From the NCBI GenBank assembly GCA_047967505.1, contig CM106538.1: 64,000 bases of DNA, one strand, 5' to 3'. The notes below the pieces were generated by a model, which was not told where the DNA came from, ran no database searches, and saw nothing but the letters and a program-made list of their open reading frames with translations. How positions within the stretch are numbered: position 1 is the first letter of the stretch; every line of letters begins with the position of its first letter. The stretch comes from Dipteris shenzhenensis. Its lineage: Eukaryota. The position numbers and the translations under genes were made by a program. This document shows positions 1-12,121 of the stretch, piece by piece.

Positions 1-264
1 GATAATTTCGTTTAAAAAATCATTTCAATGCATGCATGCAAGAAATGCAAGATAATTTCGTAAAAATTTTGAAAAACTCCCCCCCCCTCCCCCCCTTTAA
101 GTGGAGGACCAAGGAAACCTAGTACCAGGTTGTGGTCCCAACTAGCCCCCCCATCCTATTCAGGATGCAAGACCAAGAACCACTTCCTTGACCAGGCTCC
201 TTGGCCAAGAGATGGAGAGAGGAGGATTTTTACCTCTCCTCGGTGCACTGTTAGTGGACAATCA

Positions 265-545
265 CACCGGCGGTTAGCATATATCTTCGGGTGCGATAGT
301 ACTACCGCCGGTAGTTGAAATATAACTGTCGGTAGAAGTTCTACCACCGACAGTAAAAGTATGGATACCGCCGGTTGTACTAGTGCTACCATCAATTATA
401 CTTCAACTACCGGCGGTAATAAAAGTACCGCCAATATGGCCACAATTACCACTAGTAATAATGTGTCATTTTACTGGCGGTATTATTACCACTACCGCTG
501 GTAGCTAGATACCACTGGTAGTATTACTGTTACCACCGATATGTA
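265..545. repeat. Array of short ACTACCG/CGGTAGT-type motifs in both orientations (possible DNA-transposon subterminal repeats)
   Basis: ACTACCGCCGGTAGT at 301, TACCGCCGGT at ~367, ACTACCGGCGGTAAT at ~406, ACTGGCGGTA at ~473, ACTACCGCTGGTAG at ~491. Confidence 0.55.
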
Positions 546-2284
546 TCTGGTTTTCAGGTCAAGGCCACCTAATAGCGCAAAGCCGTGATTGGAAATCGTG
601 AATGCATGAAATACGTCATTACGACATGTAATCACAAGAAAATTCACGTGATTACGTGAATATGAAATCCTTGGAATAGATGAAAGGCTAAGGAAAGGTA
701 AAGACAAATAACATGTGAGAAAATAGATTCTTAAAAGATGCCCTTGGGTTCCAACTAGCATAAGAGACCAATGAACAATTCTCGAAGCTTCAAGAGGGGA
801 AGCCTAAGGCTACCAAGATCGCTTGGTAGTAGGTGACTAGAAATTGTGACTCCCATGTCTTAGAGAAAACATGGATTGAGCTATGAAAGTGGGTACATGC
901 CTTTTGAGCCACATAAAGTAGCTAAGGTGTCCTTATTAGAATAGTTGTAGGACAATTGCCGATGGTATGTCCAAATGCAAAGTCACAGGTTTCATTAATG
1001 AAGTATGTGGATGGCAAAAGGTAACTCCCTCATGAAGTTTTTACTTCTGGGACAAGGTTAAGGAGGATCTATTGGCCATGACCAATGATGCCTAGCAAAA
1101 TGCCCAGCAAAGAGGTGGCTTGCCCTTTTACACCATAAAAGATGTTTCTAAAACAAAAAAAAGACTTTGCTTGGAGATTGGACCCTCCTTGGTACCACAT
1201 AATTGCAAAGGTTGTGGCATTGAGAGTTGAATTCAATCTTCCAAACTTGTTTAAGGGGTAGCATCATGGATTTATGTACAAAAGGAACTTTTTTGGTGTA
1301 CTTATACCAAAATCTAGATGTTGAGTGAAGGCAGTTTACGATAGGGACTAATGGAAGTTCATATGGCATGTCTTGTGTAGAATGGGGCTTGGACAACACT
1401 TAAAAATGTGGTGAGCAGTGTTTTTTGCTTGTCACAAAATATGGGAAATGATCTGCCATGTAGGGGAGACCAATGTAAATGTGTAGATGCATATGCTAGC
1501 ATTTTACACAAGCATGCAAGATTTGAAAAGTTTCATACGTACTAATTGGGTACTTACTAATTGGGTGAACAATTTCCCAATGCTTCCTCTCCTTTAGAAA
1601 GGAAAGGACAGAAGGCATTCCCCCATGATGCACGATGCCTTAGGTTGCAAATATGGAAAGATATAGGTTTTTACTCATCACTTTTGAAATTATTCAAGTT
1701 GGAGCTTTGTAGTATTGTTTTTGTATTTCATCGAAAGAGTCCATATTGATGCAATGGATTGTAGTTCATCAACACATCTCTTGAAACTTTCAGGTCACCC
1801 TACTCAACATAAACACCACATCTTGACATTACAAATAAGAGGGTGCATATATAGACATTATTATGTTGCAGTGTATGTAATCAACATCTTCAATAACTTA
1901 GACTCTCAAAGTAGCAGATAAATACTTGACAACATTAATGTTATTCTATGGGCTTCAATACCCTCTGCAATTTAGAATCTTTCATTTCATAAGTACTACA
2001 TTAGAAGGACAGAATCCATTCTTTATAAATTTATGTATACAAACAAGCAAGGGGTGTTCTTGAGGGAACCCTTTCACTAATACCCAGATTTTTGGCCCGC
2101 CCTAGGGGGAAGGCTATAGTAAAGGACTCCCCCTCTCAAGAAAGGAAAATTCCACGCTTTTGAAATTAGGGAATTGCTTTTTGATTATTGGTTGTTTGTA
2201 TGACTCGTTTGGATTAATCCTCACCACTAGAGTCGAAGAATTTGGCAAAAATCGAAATACAATTGAAAGTGGGCAATTAACTAC

Positions 2285-4018
2285 TCACTCAAGAGGCTTC
2301 ATCACAATTAGGGAATGGTTCTTGATATGGAGGCTGAATTGCCCGCCCTTCTCCGCAACATCCACTTTGTCTTGTCCAGGAGGTGGCAACAGCTCGAATG
2401 TCTGCACCATCCTGCCCAGCACGAGAGAGAGAATTGGCATGGCCAGAATTATGCCTGGGCAGCTCCTCCTCCCCACTCCAAAAGGCACAAACCTGAAATC
2501 GTTGCCATTAGCCTCAATATTCTTCTCCTCCTCCAAAAACCTCTCTGGCCTGAACACTTCCGGATCCTTCCACAGCTTGGGGTTGTTAGCAAGCCACCAG
2601 GCATTCACCAAAATCTTGCTCTCTGCAGGAATATCATACCCAGCAAGCTTAGCCTGGTTAAGGTTCATGTGAGGCACCAGCAAAGGAATGGCCATGTGGT
2701 ATCGCATTGTCTCCTTGACAACAGCCTGTAAATAAGGCAGCTTGGTGGTCTCTGGTTCTGTCACTAGCACTCCACGACCAAGGACTGTATCAAGCTCGTA
2801 CCTCAGTTTCCGTTGTACATCAGGATTGTTGACTAGCTCGGCGATACCCCACTCGATGGACCATAGCGTGGTCTCGATGGCTGTGGCACCAAAAAACACA
2901 GGTTCAGCAAATGTTCGATCCAGAAGGAATCACTCTTCAGACAGAAATGAGTTGTCTTAGAGGGAAGCAAGTACCAGCAACGTTGATGTTTTCGATGATG
3001 TATAGGACGTTATCTTCGTTGATCTCTCCTTTTGCCTCTGCTTCCAGGATGTGGTCGATAGCGCACTTTTCTTCGTTACTCTTCGTCCTCTTGTTGCTGA
3101 GAAGCTTTCTGTGACGGACGCAAATCAGGTTAGACCAAAATCAGGTTAGCTCCTGGGACAGACGATAGCTTCTTTAATATTGAGAAGCGGTGCAAGTATG
3201 CAGTCAAACACGAGAGATTCTCACTTGTGCTCGTCTAGGAAAGCGTCCTTGAAGACTTGCAATCGTTTATCCTTGACTTCTTGACAACGCTTAAGGTAAT
3301 TCTTCAGCAACGGCCTGAGAACGGGGATAAAATCACCATAATTATACTCGAAACTTTGTGCCAAACGACTACGCTCGTTGTTGAGAGCCCTGAGCTTGAG
3401 GAAAAGAGGGTCGTCCACGCTCTCGAATCTCCTGTCAAAGAGCATCCGGTACATGTTGTTGTACATGAGCAATTGCAGCCTGTGCCGAAGGACGATTCCA
3501 GTGGAAGCCGAGTCCTTGTGGACTTTCACATCCTCGATGACTTTGTCGATCTCTGCTTCCCAGCCCCCTCTGTATTGTTGCACCACCTTGTTGGTGAAGA
3601 AGGGGACGGTCATGATTCTCCTCATGCGCCTCCAGTGATCACCATAAACGGTGAAGACCATGTCTTGGCCCTTGCCGGTGAAGATATCAAAGACGACATT
3701 CCGGGTGCGAGATCCGAACTCGACGCCCTGGGTGTGGAGGACCTCCTTGGCGAGCTCAGGAGAGGAGACAACGACGAGGTTGCGCTGGCCCATGCGGAGG
3801 AGGAAGAGGTCGCCATATTTCTGGCCGAGCTCAGCGAGGTTGCGGTGGTTGAGGTCGTCGCCGACCTGGAGCCAATTGCCAAAGATGGGGAGGGAGAGGG
3901 GGCCGGGGGGAAGCTTGAGCTTGCGGGAAGAGAGCTTGAAGGCGAGAAGGGTGAGGGCGAGGATGGCGAGGAGGGAAAGGAGGGTAGATTCGAGGGAGAG
4001 GGGGGGTAGGAAATCCAT
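2285..4018 (-). CDS. C4H: Cinnamate 4-hydroxylase (cytochrome P450 CYP73A), 3 exons: 4018-3225, 3108-2975, 2880-2285; 507 aa
   Basis: Exon 1 has an N-terminal membrane anchor, then LPPGP and [15 protein letters not shown]...[27 protein letters not shown]. Exon 2 (134 bp, read by hand) gives [44 protein letters not shown]. Exon 3 has AIETT (I-helix), ETMR, PERF and the heme motif [15 protein letters not shown] introns at 3224-3109 and 2974-2881 join the exons in frame (1524 nt including stop). Confidence 0.97.
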
Positions 4019-4123
4019 GGAGAGGGCAGCAGAGATGGTGTGTATCAATCAAAGGTGCTTGATGGTACTAGAGAAGGAGATGGTAGTAGAAATGTGCTTG
4101 AAGTGTGGAAGATAAGCGTGCGT

Positions 4124-4136
4124 CTATTTATATATA
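4124..4136 (-). promoter_or_regulatory. Putative TATA box of C4H
   Basis: Minus strand reads TATATATAAATAG, about 110 bp upstream of the ATG at 4018. Confidence 0.6.
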
Positions 4137-5042
4137 GAATTCTCGAATTTATTATTAGAGACGTTGACTGGTCTTTCGCCTCCTCTCGTACAGGGCTTTT
4201 GACTTATTCAAGGGATTGGACTCGGTCAACCTTCTCGCTTAGAATGCAGTGTGCGCCTCCTTTTACAAGCTATGTGCTATTCCTGCAGGCTGCCAATCTT
4301 AATTCAGTCTTAATTAATTAATCACTCTCATACTCCTCACTTAATTAACCTAACCATTTCACCCTCCTCCCTCTTGGCTCCTGCCTCCATTGCGGCTCTC
4401 TGTCATATCCACTCCCTCCCATCAGAGACCCCTTCCCTCATAGCTCTCGCTCTCTCAGCCACTCCCTCCCTCATAGCTATCCCTCTCCCCTCAACACCTA
4501 CACTCCTTATAGCTCTAACTCTCTCCCCTCTCCTGCATATACCCGTTGGGGGTGGGTGGCTACAAACTTCTCGAATCACTGGGGCCCATCAAAGCTTCCC
4601 AATGGAATAATCGACGCGCGACATTGCTAAGCCTACATTAATCGAAACATTGCCTCACAACTTACCTTAATCAGACATCGGCGCCCCCCCTTGCAAAAAC
4701 AAATGAATTAATATAACACAAATTGAAACTGGAGGGCCCTATTGACCTTGTGCTAGTTGAGCGCTTCATGCCCATGGTTTTTAGTTAGTGGTTTTACAAA
4801 GCTCACTAGGTCATGGTTTTGAGAGCGAGGTCACATTGCAAATGACAAACATGATGATATTTAACATTTAATTTCCCATATAAAGCCTTTTCCCACCCTG
4901 TCATAAGGGCTTTATCATTAGTTCTCATGTATATTATAAAATTACTCATTTTTTCCCTAATCTATCTTAGCTTGCAGATAATCCAGTATGTCTCGTAAAA
5001 ACATTACAGCTAATTTCATATTTTAAAACCATCAATATATGA

Positions 5043-7495
5043 TGGAATCACCCATAATACTAACCATCTAGCCTAGCAAAACACAAGTCTAACATCCCAA
5101 ACTACACCACGCAAAGCATCAACTAGAATCCATGCCACGTCTGATGTGATCTTACATGACTATAGCTTAAAATAATATCCATGCCATGACTATAGCTTAA
5201 AATAATATCCTTAGCAAGTGATTAAGAAATATAATGTAGCATCCCTCTTGCTTGGATTGCAAACTGACCTGAGTTGTGTATTTGACTTAATGAGTCAATG
5301 AGTAGGCATGTGAAGAATCTCTTAGATATTCATCAAGTATCATCGTCAGATGGTCAAACAATATCTTTTAGAGATCTTAACCTTTTATTAATCAAGACAT
5401 AATGAACAAGAGATTATTATTGATCTCATCCAGTACAACTAAAATCTATTATTTGACGTTGATTCATGGTAACTTGATGTTAATTTGGTACAGGTTTTGA
5501 TTATTGTATTTGCCAAATTCCTCAACATTTACACCGTCTAGTATGAGTATGGCATTGACAAATAATAACAAATACAATACTTGATTCTTTAAGTCTTTTT
5601 CTTATATTGTGAGTAGTAATAATCGACAAATACTAATCGATTGCCAACTAAAAATATGCATATACATCATTGCCTAACACATTCCAAAGTTTGTGATCAT
5701 TAACTTAATTCTTTGGTAGCTGATAAGGATCCAATATGTATATTCTTCAACTGCTGTAAGAATATACATATCTTGTTGTTTACATAGTCAATGAGAAGTG
5801 AGCGTAGATCACTGATAAGGATCATTACAAAGAAAAATCTTCTCCATGGAAGGCCAAGCTTCATCAATGTATTGGATGGTAGAATGAATGAGTCCATTTG
5901 TTTGAATAGTATTCACATGTGCTTGCAAAATTTCATCTCTTATGTACTCTAAATGTATTGTTGTCTGAGAACATGTTGCATAATTGCCATCACTTCAGCT
6001 GAATACACTTGTTGTGGCTTGTCCTATATGCTATTCAATAAATCCGATTCTCAGGTGCTCAATCACCCATCCCCCTCGATCATATGGCCCATCTTACTGA
6101 TCCAATGGGCATGTCCTATTGAGCTAGTTATGCTTTGGTGGTTAGGTTCCTCTAATCTGTGTATTCTTTACAACTACAAATGCCAAAATGTATTTGAAGA
6201 GGTTTAGTGTACAGGGATCATCCCCCTACTATCTGAGTACCTACAGCTTGCAACCTAGCTTCTATCTACCATTATGCAAAAGTTTAGTGCCTTTCATTGC
6301 TGCCAAATTTAATTGGCAATGAAGCTAAGAAATACCCTTTGACAATCTAAGTGCAACCTCATCATCCAATGTGCATGCTGCTATAATATGGATAATTAAT
6401 AAGAAAAGACACGGTGCATACGATAGTCCCTACAAGATCTAAACTAGAGTTAGTAAACCTTGATGATGCGGTTTGCTAAAGGCATGTTGTAGGAGAAAAG
6501 ATATACAAAAGGAGGCAGACGATTTGTGAGCTGAGCTATTAGTAGAGGTAGTTCACAAGTTTGCACATGGGAAGAGAGTAAAATAGAGGCTCTTTTGGAA
6601 GAAGCCTTTGTTGCATGGATTAATTGGGAGGCCCCTTTTGTTTGCTGGGACTCCTTTAGCTTTGCACCTTTTTCAAGGATCTTCATGAATCTTGGGCCAA
6701 ATCCTTGGTCAATCTCTTGTAGATCACCTTTCCTCAAGTAGCATACCAAATCTTTGGTACCAATGTTTTGAAAACAGAAAAGATCGACCATGCCACAAAT
6801 TCATGAATTAAGAAGATCATAGAAACCATATACAAAAGAGTCAAAGGAAAACTAGGAAAGGGAGAACAAGAGAGATAAAGAGCCTTAGCAAGGGGTCCAA
6901 TCCACCCTTCCTTTAGATGGCAGCCCTTGCTTCCCATCTAAAGTATTTATAATTGTATATTCCAAAAACATAGCGAGCCAATAATGTTACATAAAAAAGC
7001 ACCCTTGCCCACAATTAAAGGGATTGCTCAACAAATCTTCAAGGCTTAATACGTCCTCATCAAAATTAATAAAATAAAATAGTCCATGGCTTTGATCATA
7101 CATTATTTTACAATATTGGCCCATGGACTTCAATGCTTTGATAAACCCCTATCGGCTTCACCATATCCATTCCTTGTTACACATCTCATCATTTATACTC
7201 TACACATATTACATCCAATTGCAATACCACCACTGACATTATCAAACTTAGTATTAACATGAACTCACCCACAATACTAATCATCTAGCCTGGTAAAACA
7301 TAGGAATCACCCATAACACTAGCCGCATAGCTTGGCAAAACATGGATCTAGCTAGGCATCCTTAACAAAACCACACAAAAGCATCCACTAGAGCCCGTGC
7401 CATGTTTAGTGCAATCATATGGAATATTTTTCCATAGTCAACATGACTATAAATAATAATAATATCCTTAGGACATGATGTAAGAAATATAATTT
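5043..7495 (+). repeat. Diverged dispersed direct repeat (~190 bp; copies at ~5043-5235 and ~7303-7495)
   Basis: Both copies share GGAATCACCCATAA...GCAAAACA...AAAGCATC.ACTAGA...CATGACTATA...AATAATATCCTTAG...AAGAAATATAAT. Confidence 0.6.
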
Positions 7496-8144
7496 CTATA
7501 ACATCCAAGCTAAATAAGCAAGACACTAGATCAAACCTAAAAATCTTCAATGAAAAAGAATTTAACAACCTATCATACCAACCCAAGTATCTCTATGACC
7601 CAACGGGACCATTACAAAAAAATTAGCCTAAAAAAGGGGCCCTTTGGAGAATTACTAAAATATTTGAGGCTTGGATAAGGGAATATGGTATCCATGAAGG
7701 AGATTATGCCATGTGGACTTCTCTATAACAGAGGCTCCGCAAATCTAGGGGAAATTTCAGTTTTTTTTCAAAATACCCCAAAAAACATCATTGGTGCTTC
7801 ACAATGCAAAATTATCTTTAACAGGCCTCCTTGTTTTCCTCCCATGGAAAACTATCCCCTAGCTAGAACTTTGCTCACGTTTTCCATTTTGTTCAACCAT
7901 TTGGCCCAAACTTTGACTTCCTAACTAACTCTTTCACTATCATTTCAAACATTCATTCTCGCCACTTTCTAGTAGCTGGTTTCAAAATTTCTTCATTCCA
8001 CTCTTGATTAGTCATTCTCTCTCCTCTTTGCTCACGTTTTTGTTCCACATTCGAAAATCTCTTAGAGAAATTTCTGCCAAAGCTATGTTCATCACTCTTC
8101 TCTTCCATTCATTCTCTACTTATTTCACTTTCCCTTAGAAACCA

Positions 8145-8347
8145 AAGTTGCGACCTAAATCTGCTTGGAAGGAGTGAGAAAAATGGGTGTTCTCTCATTT
8201 TCAGTTCTTTCCCTACCTTTTTGGAGTATAGAGAGTCAACTCCAGAAGTTGCGACCTGAATCTGCTTGGAAGGAGTGAGAAAAATAGGTGTTCTATCATT
8301 TTTCAGCTCTTTCTCTACCTTTTTAGAGTATAGAGAGTCAACTCCAA
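8145..8347 (+). repeat. Tandem duplication, ~101 bp x2
   Basis: AAGTTGCGACCT.AATCTGCTTGGAAGGAGTGAGAAAAAT...GAGTATAGAGAGTCAACTCCA occurs twice back to back. Confidence 0.9.
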
Positions 8348-8533
8348 AAGAAGGAACACATCCTTTCCAAGTAATGAAGTGATTTCACCTTGAATGTTTT
8401 GTCTATATTAAGTAGATTCATTTTTGTATCACACTTTGTTTATATGTTTGTTACAAAAGGTGGGGAAGAGGGAGGGATTGAGGTAGATGATATTTAAAAC
8501 TACAAGACTATTTTTGACATTCTTTTCTACATT

Positions 8534-8537
<4 letters not shown>

Positions 8538-8600
<63 letters not shown>

Positions 8601-8711
8601 TTTGAACTACTATGTTTTTCTCTGTTTGAGGGGATGAGTGAGGGAGAGAGACAAAAAATAGTCGTTTGTTTCTTCATTAGTATAGGAGGGATAGATAGAG
8701 GAAGGGGGGGG

Positions 8712-8757
<46 letters not shown>

Positions 8758-9105
8758 ATTTTGAACTGCTATGTTCTCTTCCGTTTGAGGGGATGATTGA
8801 GGGAGAGAGACAGATTCTATTTCAAATTGCTAAGTTTTAGAAGTATTTGAGAAAGAAGGAAGAAAAAGATATCCTAATCAAAGAGTTTTGGGAGAAAGAG
8901 AGAGAGTGATATGATCTTGATAATGTTTTCTTTGTTTGTGGAGAAATAGAGCAAGAAGAGAGCATATCTTAAGCTAAGTATTTAAAAATAATTTCTTGTT
9001 TGTTTGTGTGAGGCGTACCTTGAAAGAGAAAGTGTGTGTGAGAGAGAAGTATTCTATGTTTTTTGAAATAATTTTTTGTTTTTTTGTGTGAGAGGTTTAG
9101 AAAAA

Positions 9106-9150
<45 letters not shown>
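8538..9150 (+). repeat. Three (GA)n microsatellites (~8538-8596, ~8718-8752, ~9109-9150)
   Basis: Directly visible GA runs. Confidence 0.95.
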
Positions 9151-9153
<3 letters not shown>

Positions 9154-10500
9154 GCAGAGAAAGAGAAAGAGAGGGATAGAGAAAGAGAGAAGAGAAGACA
9201 TAAATTTTGAGGGTTTATGGATGTAGAAAGAGGTAGAAAGAGCTAATTTTAGTCATACGGTACAGGGGTAAAAACTATGGAAGTAGAAAATGATAGATAT
9301 CGAAGTAGTTTATAGTCTATTGTATTGAAGAATGTTAAGGATAAGCATGGGGAATGGATTCCTCAGCTCTACATGAAATATTCTTGGATGACAATGCAAC
9401 CCACTAATCATGGGTACTACAAAGTGGGTCGAAAGGATGCAATGGATATCTCCAAACATTGGAAGGGAAGGATCTTAGATTTTGAAATTTCTCACAGTAG
9501 TAACACAGTGACATGTATATATTCAACATGTCTTTACCCATGCAAACATATATGTGCATCCAAATGCAGGACTTCCATATCATAGGCCCAATTGTAAGTT
9601 GATCAAAGTGTACGAGTACTTCATTTGCATTTTAGAGTATTTGCGTTTATTTGGAGACTTTGAAACAACTTTCATATGCCTTGTATTTGTTTTATAGATT
9701 TATATCCATCTACTTACAAGAGTGGGAGCCTGCAACATGCATAATTGGGGTGTTGCATGTCCTCCATGTTGAGATCAGGAGTGTTTAGTATGAAGGCCAC
9801 ACACCATCAGAATTAAAAAAGGATGAGATCTTCTTCTATGACTCAATGGTCATTGTGCTAGATGAAGAAGGGCAATATGGTAGATTAGAATTTCTTCCCT
9901 TGCCTTCTTTTGATAGTCCATAATAAATGCTTCGAAGCATGGAGATAAGTGAATCATATATAAATAGAATGTTTAATGATGTGAGAAATGCTATGAAGCC
10001 AACGACTGGTGAGGGTGAGGAATACCTTACCCTATTGGAAGTGATGGAAGAAATTTGTCTTCGAGATGATGAGGTGCTATGTCAGCTCTTGAATGGCACC
10101 TTTGATGATGTCATTGACTTTGATGCTCCAGTCAATCCAGCAATTGATGAGATTGCACGCTTTGATGACTCGAGCCTCACCAATTTGGAGGCAATCCAAC
10201 AAACACAAAAGGCAATCGAGGATGCCACACTAGAATACAACATGTCCGATGAGGAGAACTCATGAATTTGCAAAGGGAATTGTCTAGGGAGAGAGATGAA
10301 GAAACTGGCACCTCAAGCCAGCATGAAGTTCAAGACCAACCACAAAAGGGAGTCCAGTTGGACACTATAGCTAACACAGTCCACGATGAGGCAGAAAAGG
10401 TATGTAGCTTTGCCAGCTTCATCGTGTGATTCAATATCATCAGTATAATTCTAGGTTCCATTTTAGCAACAAAAATCCATGCTTTGTCTTCAACTGGTAA

Positions 10501-10802
10501 GGAATAAAAAATAGGGTTTAGGGTTTAGCGTTCAAACCTCAACCAATTTTTTTTATTTTAAACCCAAGCTATCTTGTATGCCTAGGCAGGTGTATGGATT
10601 TTTAGCCCAAAATATGCCCTGGAAGCATGATATCCGACATCGTGCGACCAGGGTTTCAAAACAGGGCCCTGGTTGCACAACGTCGGATTTCATGCTTCCA
10701 CGGCATATATTGGGCTGAAAATTCATACACATGCAAGATAGCCTAGGTTTAAAAGGGAAAAAATTGGTTGGGGTTTGTACCCTAAATTGTACTTTTGATT
10801 CC
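10501..10802. repeat. Long imperfect inverted repeat (hairpin 1)
   Basis: Arm CAACCAATTTTTT...GCTATCTTGTATG...GTGTATGGATTTTTAGCCCAA...GGAAGCATGA.ATCCGACATCGTGCGACCAGGG pairs with CCCTGGTTGCACAACGTCGGATTTCATGCTTCC...TTGGGCTGAAAATTCATACAC...GCAAGATAGC...AAAAAATTGGTTG. Confidence 0.9.
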
Positions 10803-10982
10803 TACACTTGAAATTGAATAAATTTGACTCTCCACTCCCATAACCCCCTCCCACTTGCCCCTGACACTCCATTTGTGGAAAAAATTAGGGCTATGGTTTC
10901 CTCACATAGGGAAAAAAACGCGATTATTGGTTTTATTCAGCCCATAGGGGATACAATTAGGTTTAGGGTTTTCTCACAAAGG

Positions 10983-11223
10983 AAAATTTATCTATTAAAA
11001 CAATCATTTTTGGGAGGCCATTGAGACAAAAGTTACCATCTGCATGATTTTGATGCAAAAAAACCCTTGCAAACCCTAAATTCGACATTAGAGCCCACTA
11101 TAGGCCCTGGTCGCACGATGTCAGATTAGGGTTTACAAGGAGTTTTTTTGCATAAAAATCATGCACATGGTAACTTATGTCTCAATGGCCTCCCAGAAAT
11201 GATTGTTTTAATAGATTATTTTT
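10983..11223. repeat. Long imperfect inverted repeat (hairpin 2)
   Basis: ATCTATTAAAACAATCATTT.TGGGAGGCCATTGAGACA.AAGTTACCAT.TGCATGATTTT...AAACCCTAA pairs with TTAGGGTTT...AAAATCATGCACATGGTAACTTATGTCTCAATGGCCTCCCAGAAATGATTGTTTTAATAGAT. Confidence 0.92.
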
Positions 11224-12121
11224 CCTCTGTACACCTAATTCTTATTAATCCTTGAAAAATGATGTTTTCTTAATTTATATAATCGTGAATTATGGTTTAG
11301 GTTTTGATGTGATATGTTAGTTGCAAGATAGCTTATGGGTTGATGAATATGATGGACACAAGGGTGGAACCAGAGGGTCTTCTGGTGGGGGGATGGCTTT
11401 GATTAGCCATTACATGAATAGAGTGGCTCAACATTCTTTGGTCTTCCATCAACAATTATCACCAGATGGAAAGCTGAATATAATGAAGTTCAAGGTCCTT
11501 AGTCGGATGGTGAACATGAGGGCCATCCGTCCTACTATGGATCATATTGTTTTTGTTAGGCATAGTGTAGCTTTATTTTTGTTCTCAGACACATGATCCA
11601 ATCCTCTCCATAGCATCATAGGTATTGCAGGGCTAGTTGGTGTTACGGATCCCTAGGCTATAGAGAATGATATTGTGCAACCCTCTCTTCTGCAGCAAGC
11701 AAAAATGGGATCTAAACCAAGCAAGAAGAAGCATAGGCTAGAGTTACTTGTGCCTTAAAGTGGATGCTCTTTGTAATACCACTCTATGTCAATAAAGAAT
11801 ACAATTTTCATATTATTTTATTATTTGTTATTACGGAACATTGTTTCCTTTTGCATGTTAAGTAAAATTGAGTATTATTTCCTTTTGCACGTTCCATTGA
11901 GATTTGATGTTTATTATTTCATTTTGCATGTAAGCAAATTGAGACTGCATGTAAGTAAATTGTGGATTGCAAATACAATGAAAATAAATTTGAGATTGCA
12001 CATACAAAGACAAAGCAAAAAAAGACACTTTATTATAAAGAAAAGAGGTTGATACAAGACTGGTGCCCACACACACAGTACATGAACTCTAACTATCGCC
12101 CAAGGCATATATACAAAATCC

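Larger units (their letters stand above)
9277..11757 (+). pseudogene. Decayed spliced gene with SWIM-type zinc finger and acidic region (cargo of the TIR element)
   Basis: ORF 9325-9585 contains VTCIYSTCLYPCKHICA, a CxC...PCKH SWIM pattern with one TGT>TAT change. Donor GTAAGT at ~9594, acidic ORF 9927-10265, donor at ~10400, acceptor TTAG at 11320 followed by ORF 11321-11596. Several stops. The exon model is tentative. Confidence 0.45.

Noticed and set aside
700-1900. Possible LINE relic downstream of C4H
   Set aside because: Only vague peptide resemblance, too decayed to support a call.
4019-4048. Upstream extension [10 protein letters not shown] of the C4H exon 1 ORF
   Set aside because: It begins at a non-ATG codon. 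The ATG at 4018 gives a normal-length CYP73A with the anchor at the N-terminus.
2160-4115. Long plus-strand ORFs (2160-2672, 3257-4009, 3651-4115)
   Set aside because: Antisense shadows of the GC-rich C4H exons.
7600-7609. CCAAC near both ends of the TIR element as a 5-bp TSD
   Set aside because: On the left it is separated from the TIR by GGGAC, so it is not a clean TSD. TSD length remains unresolved.
8429-8840. ORFs with RERERE or SLSLSL runs
   Set aside because: Translations of GA microsatellites.
10513-10528. Interstitial telomeric repeat
   Set aside because: Only about two TTTAGGG units, treated as part of hairpin 1.
9277-11757. RAG2-like identity for the convergent gene
   Set aside because: No kelch repeats or PHD finger recognisable, only a SWIM-like motif.
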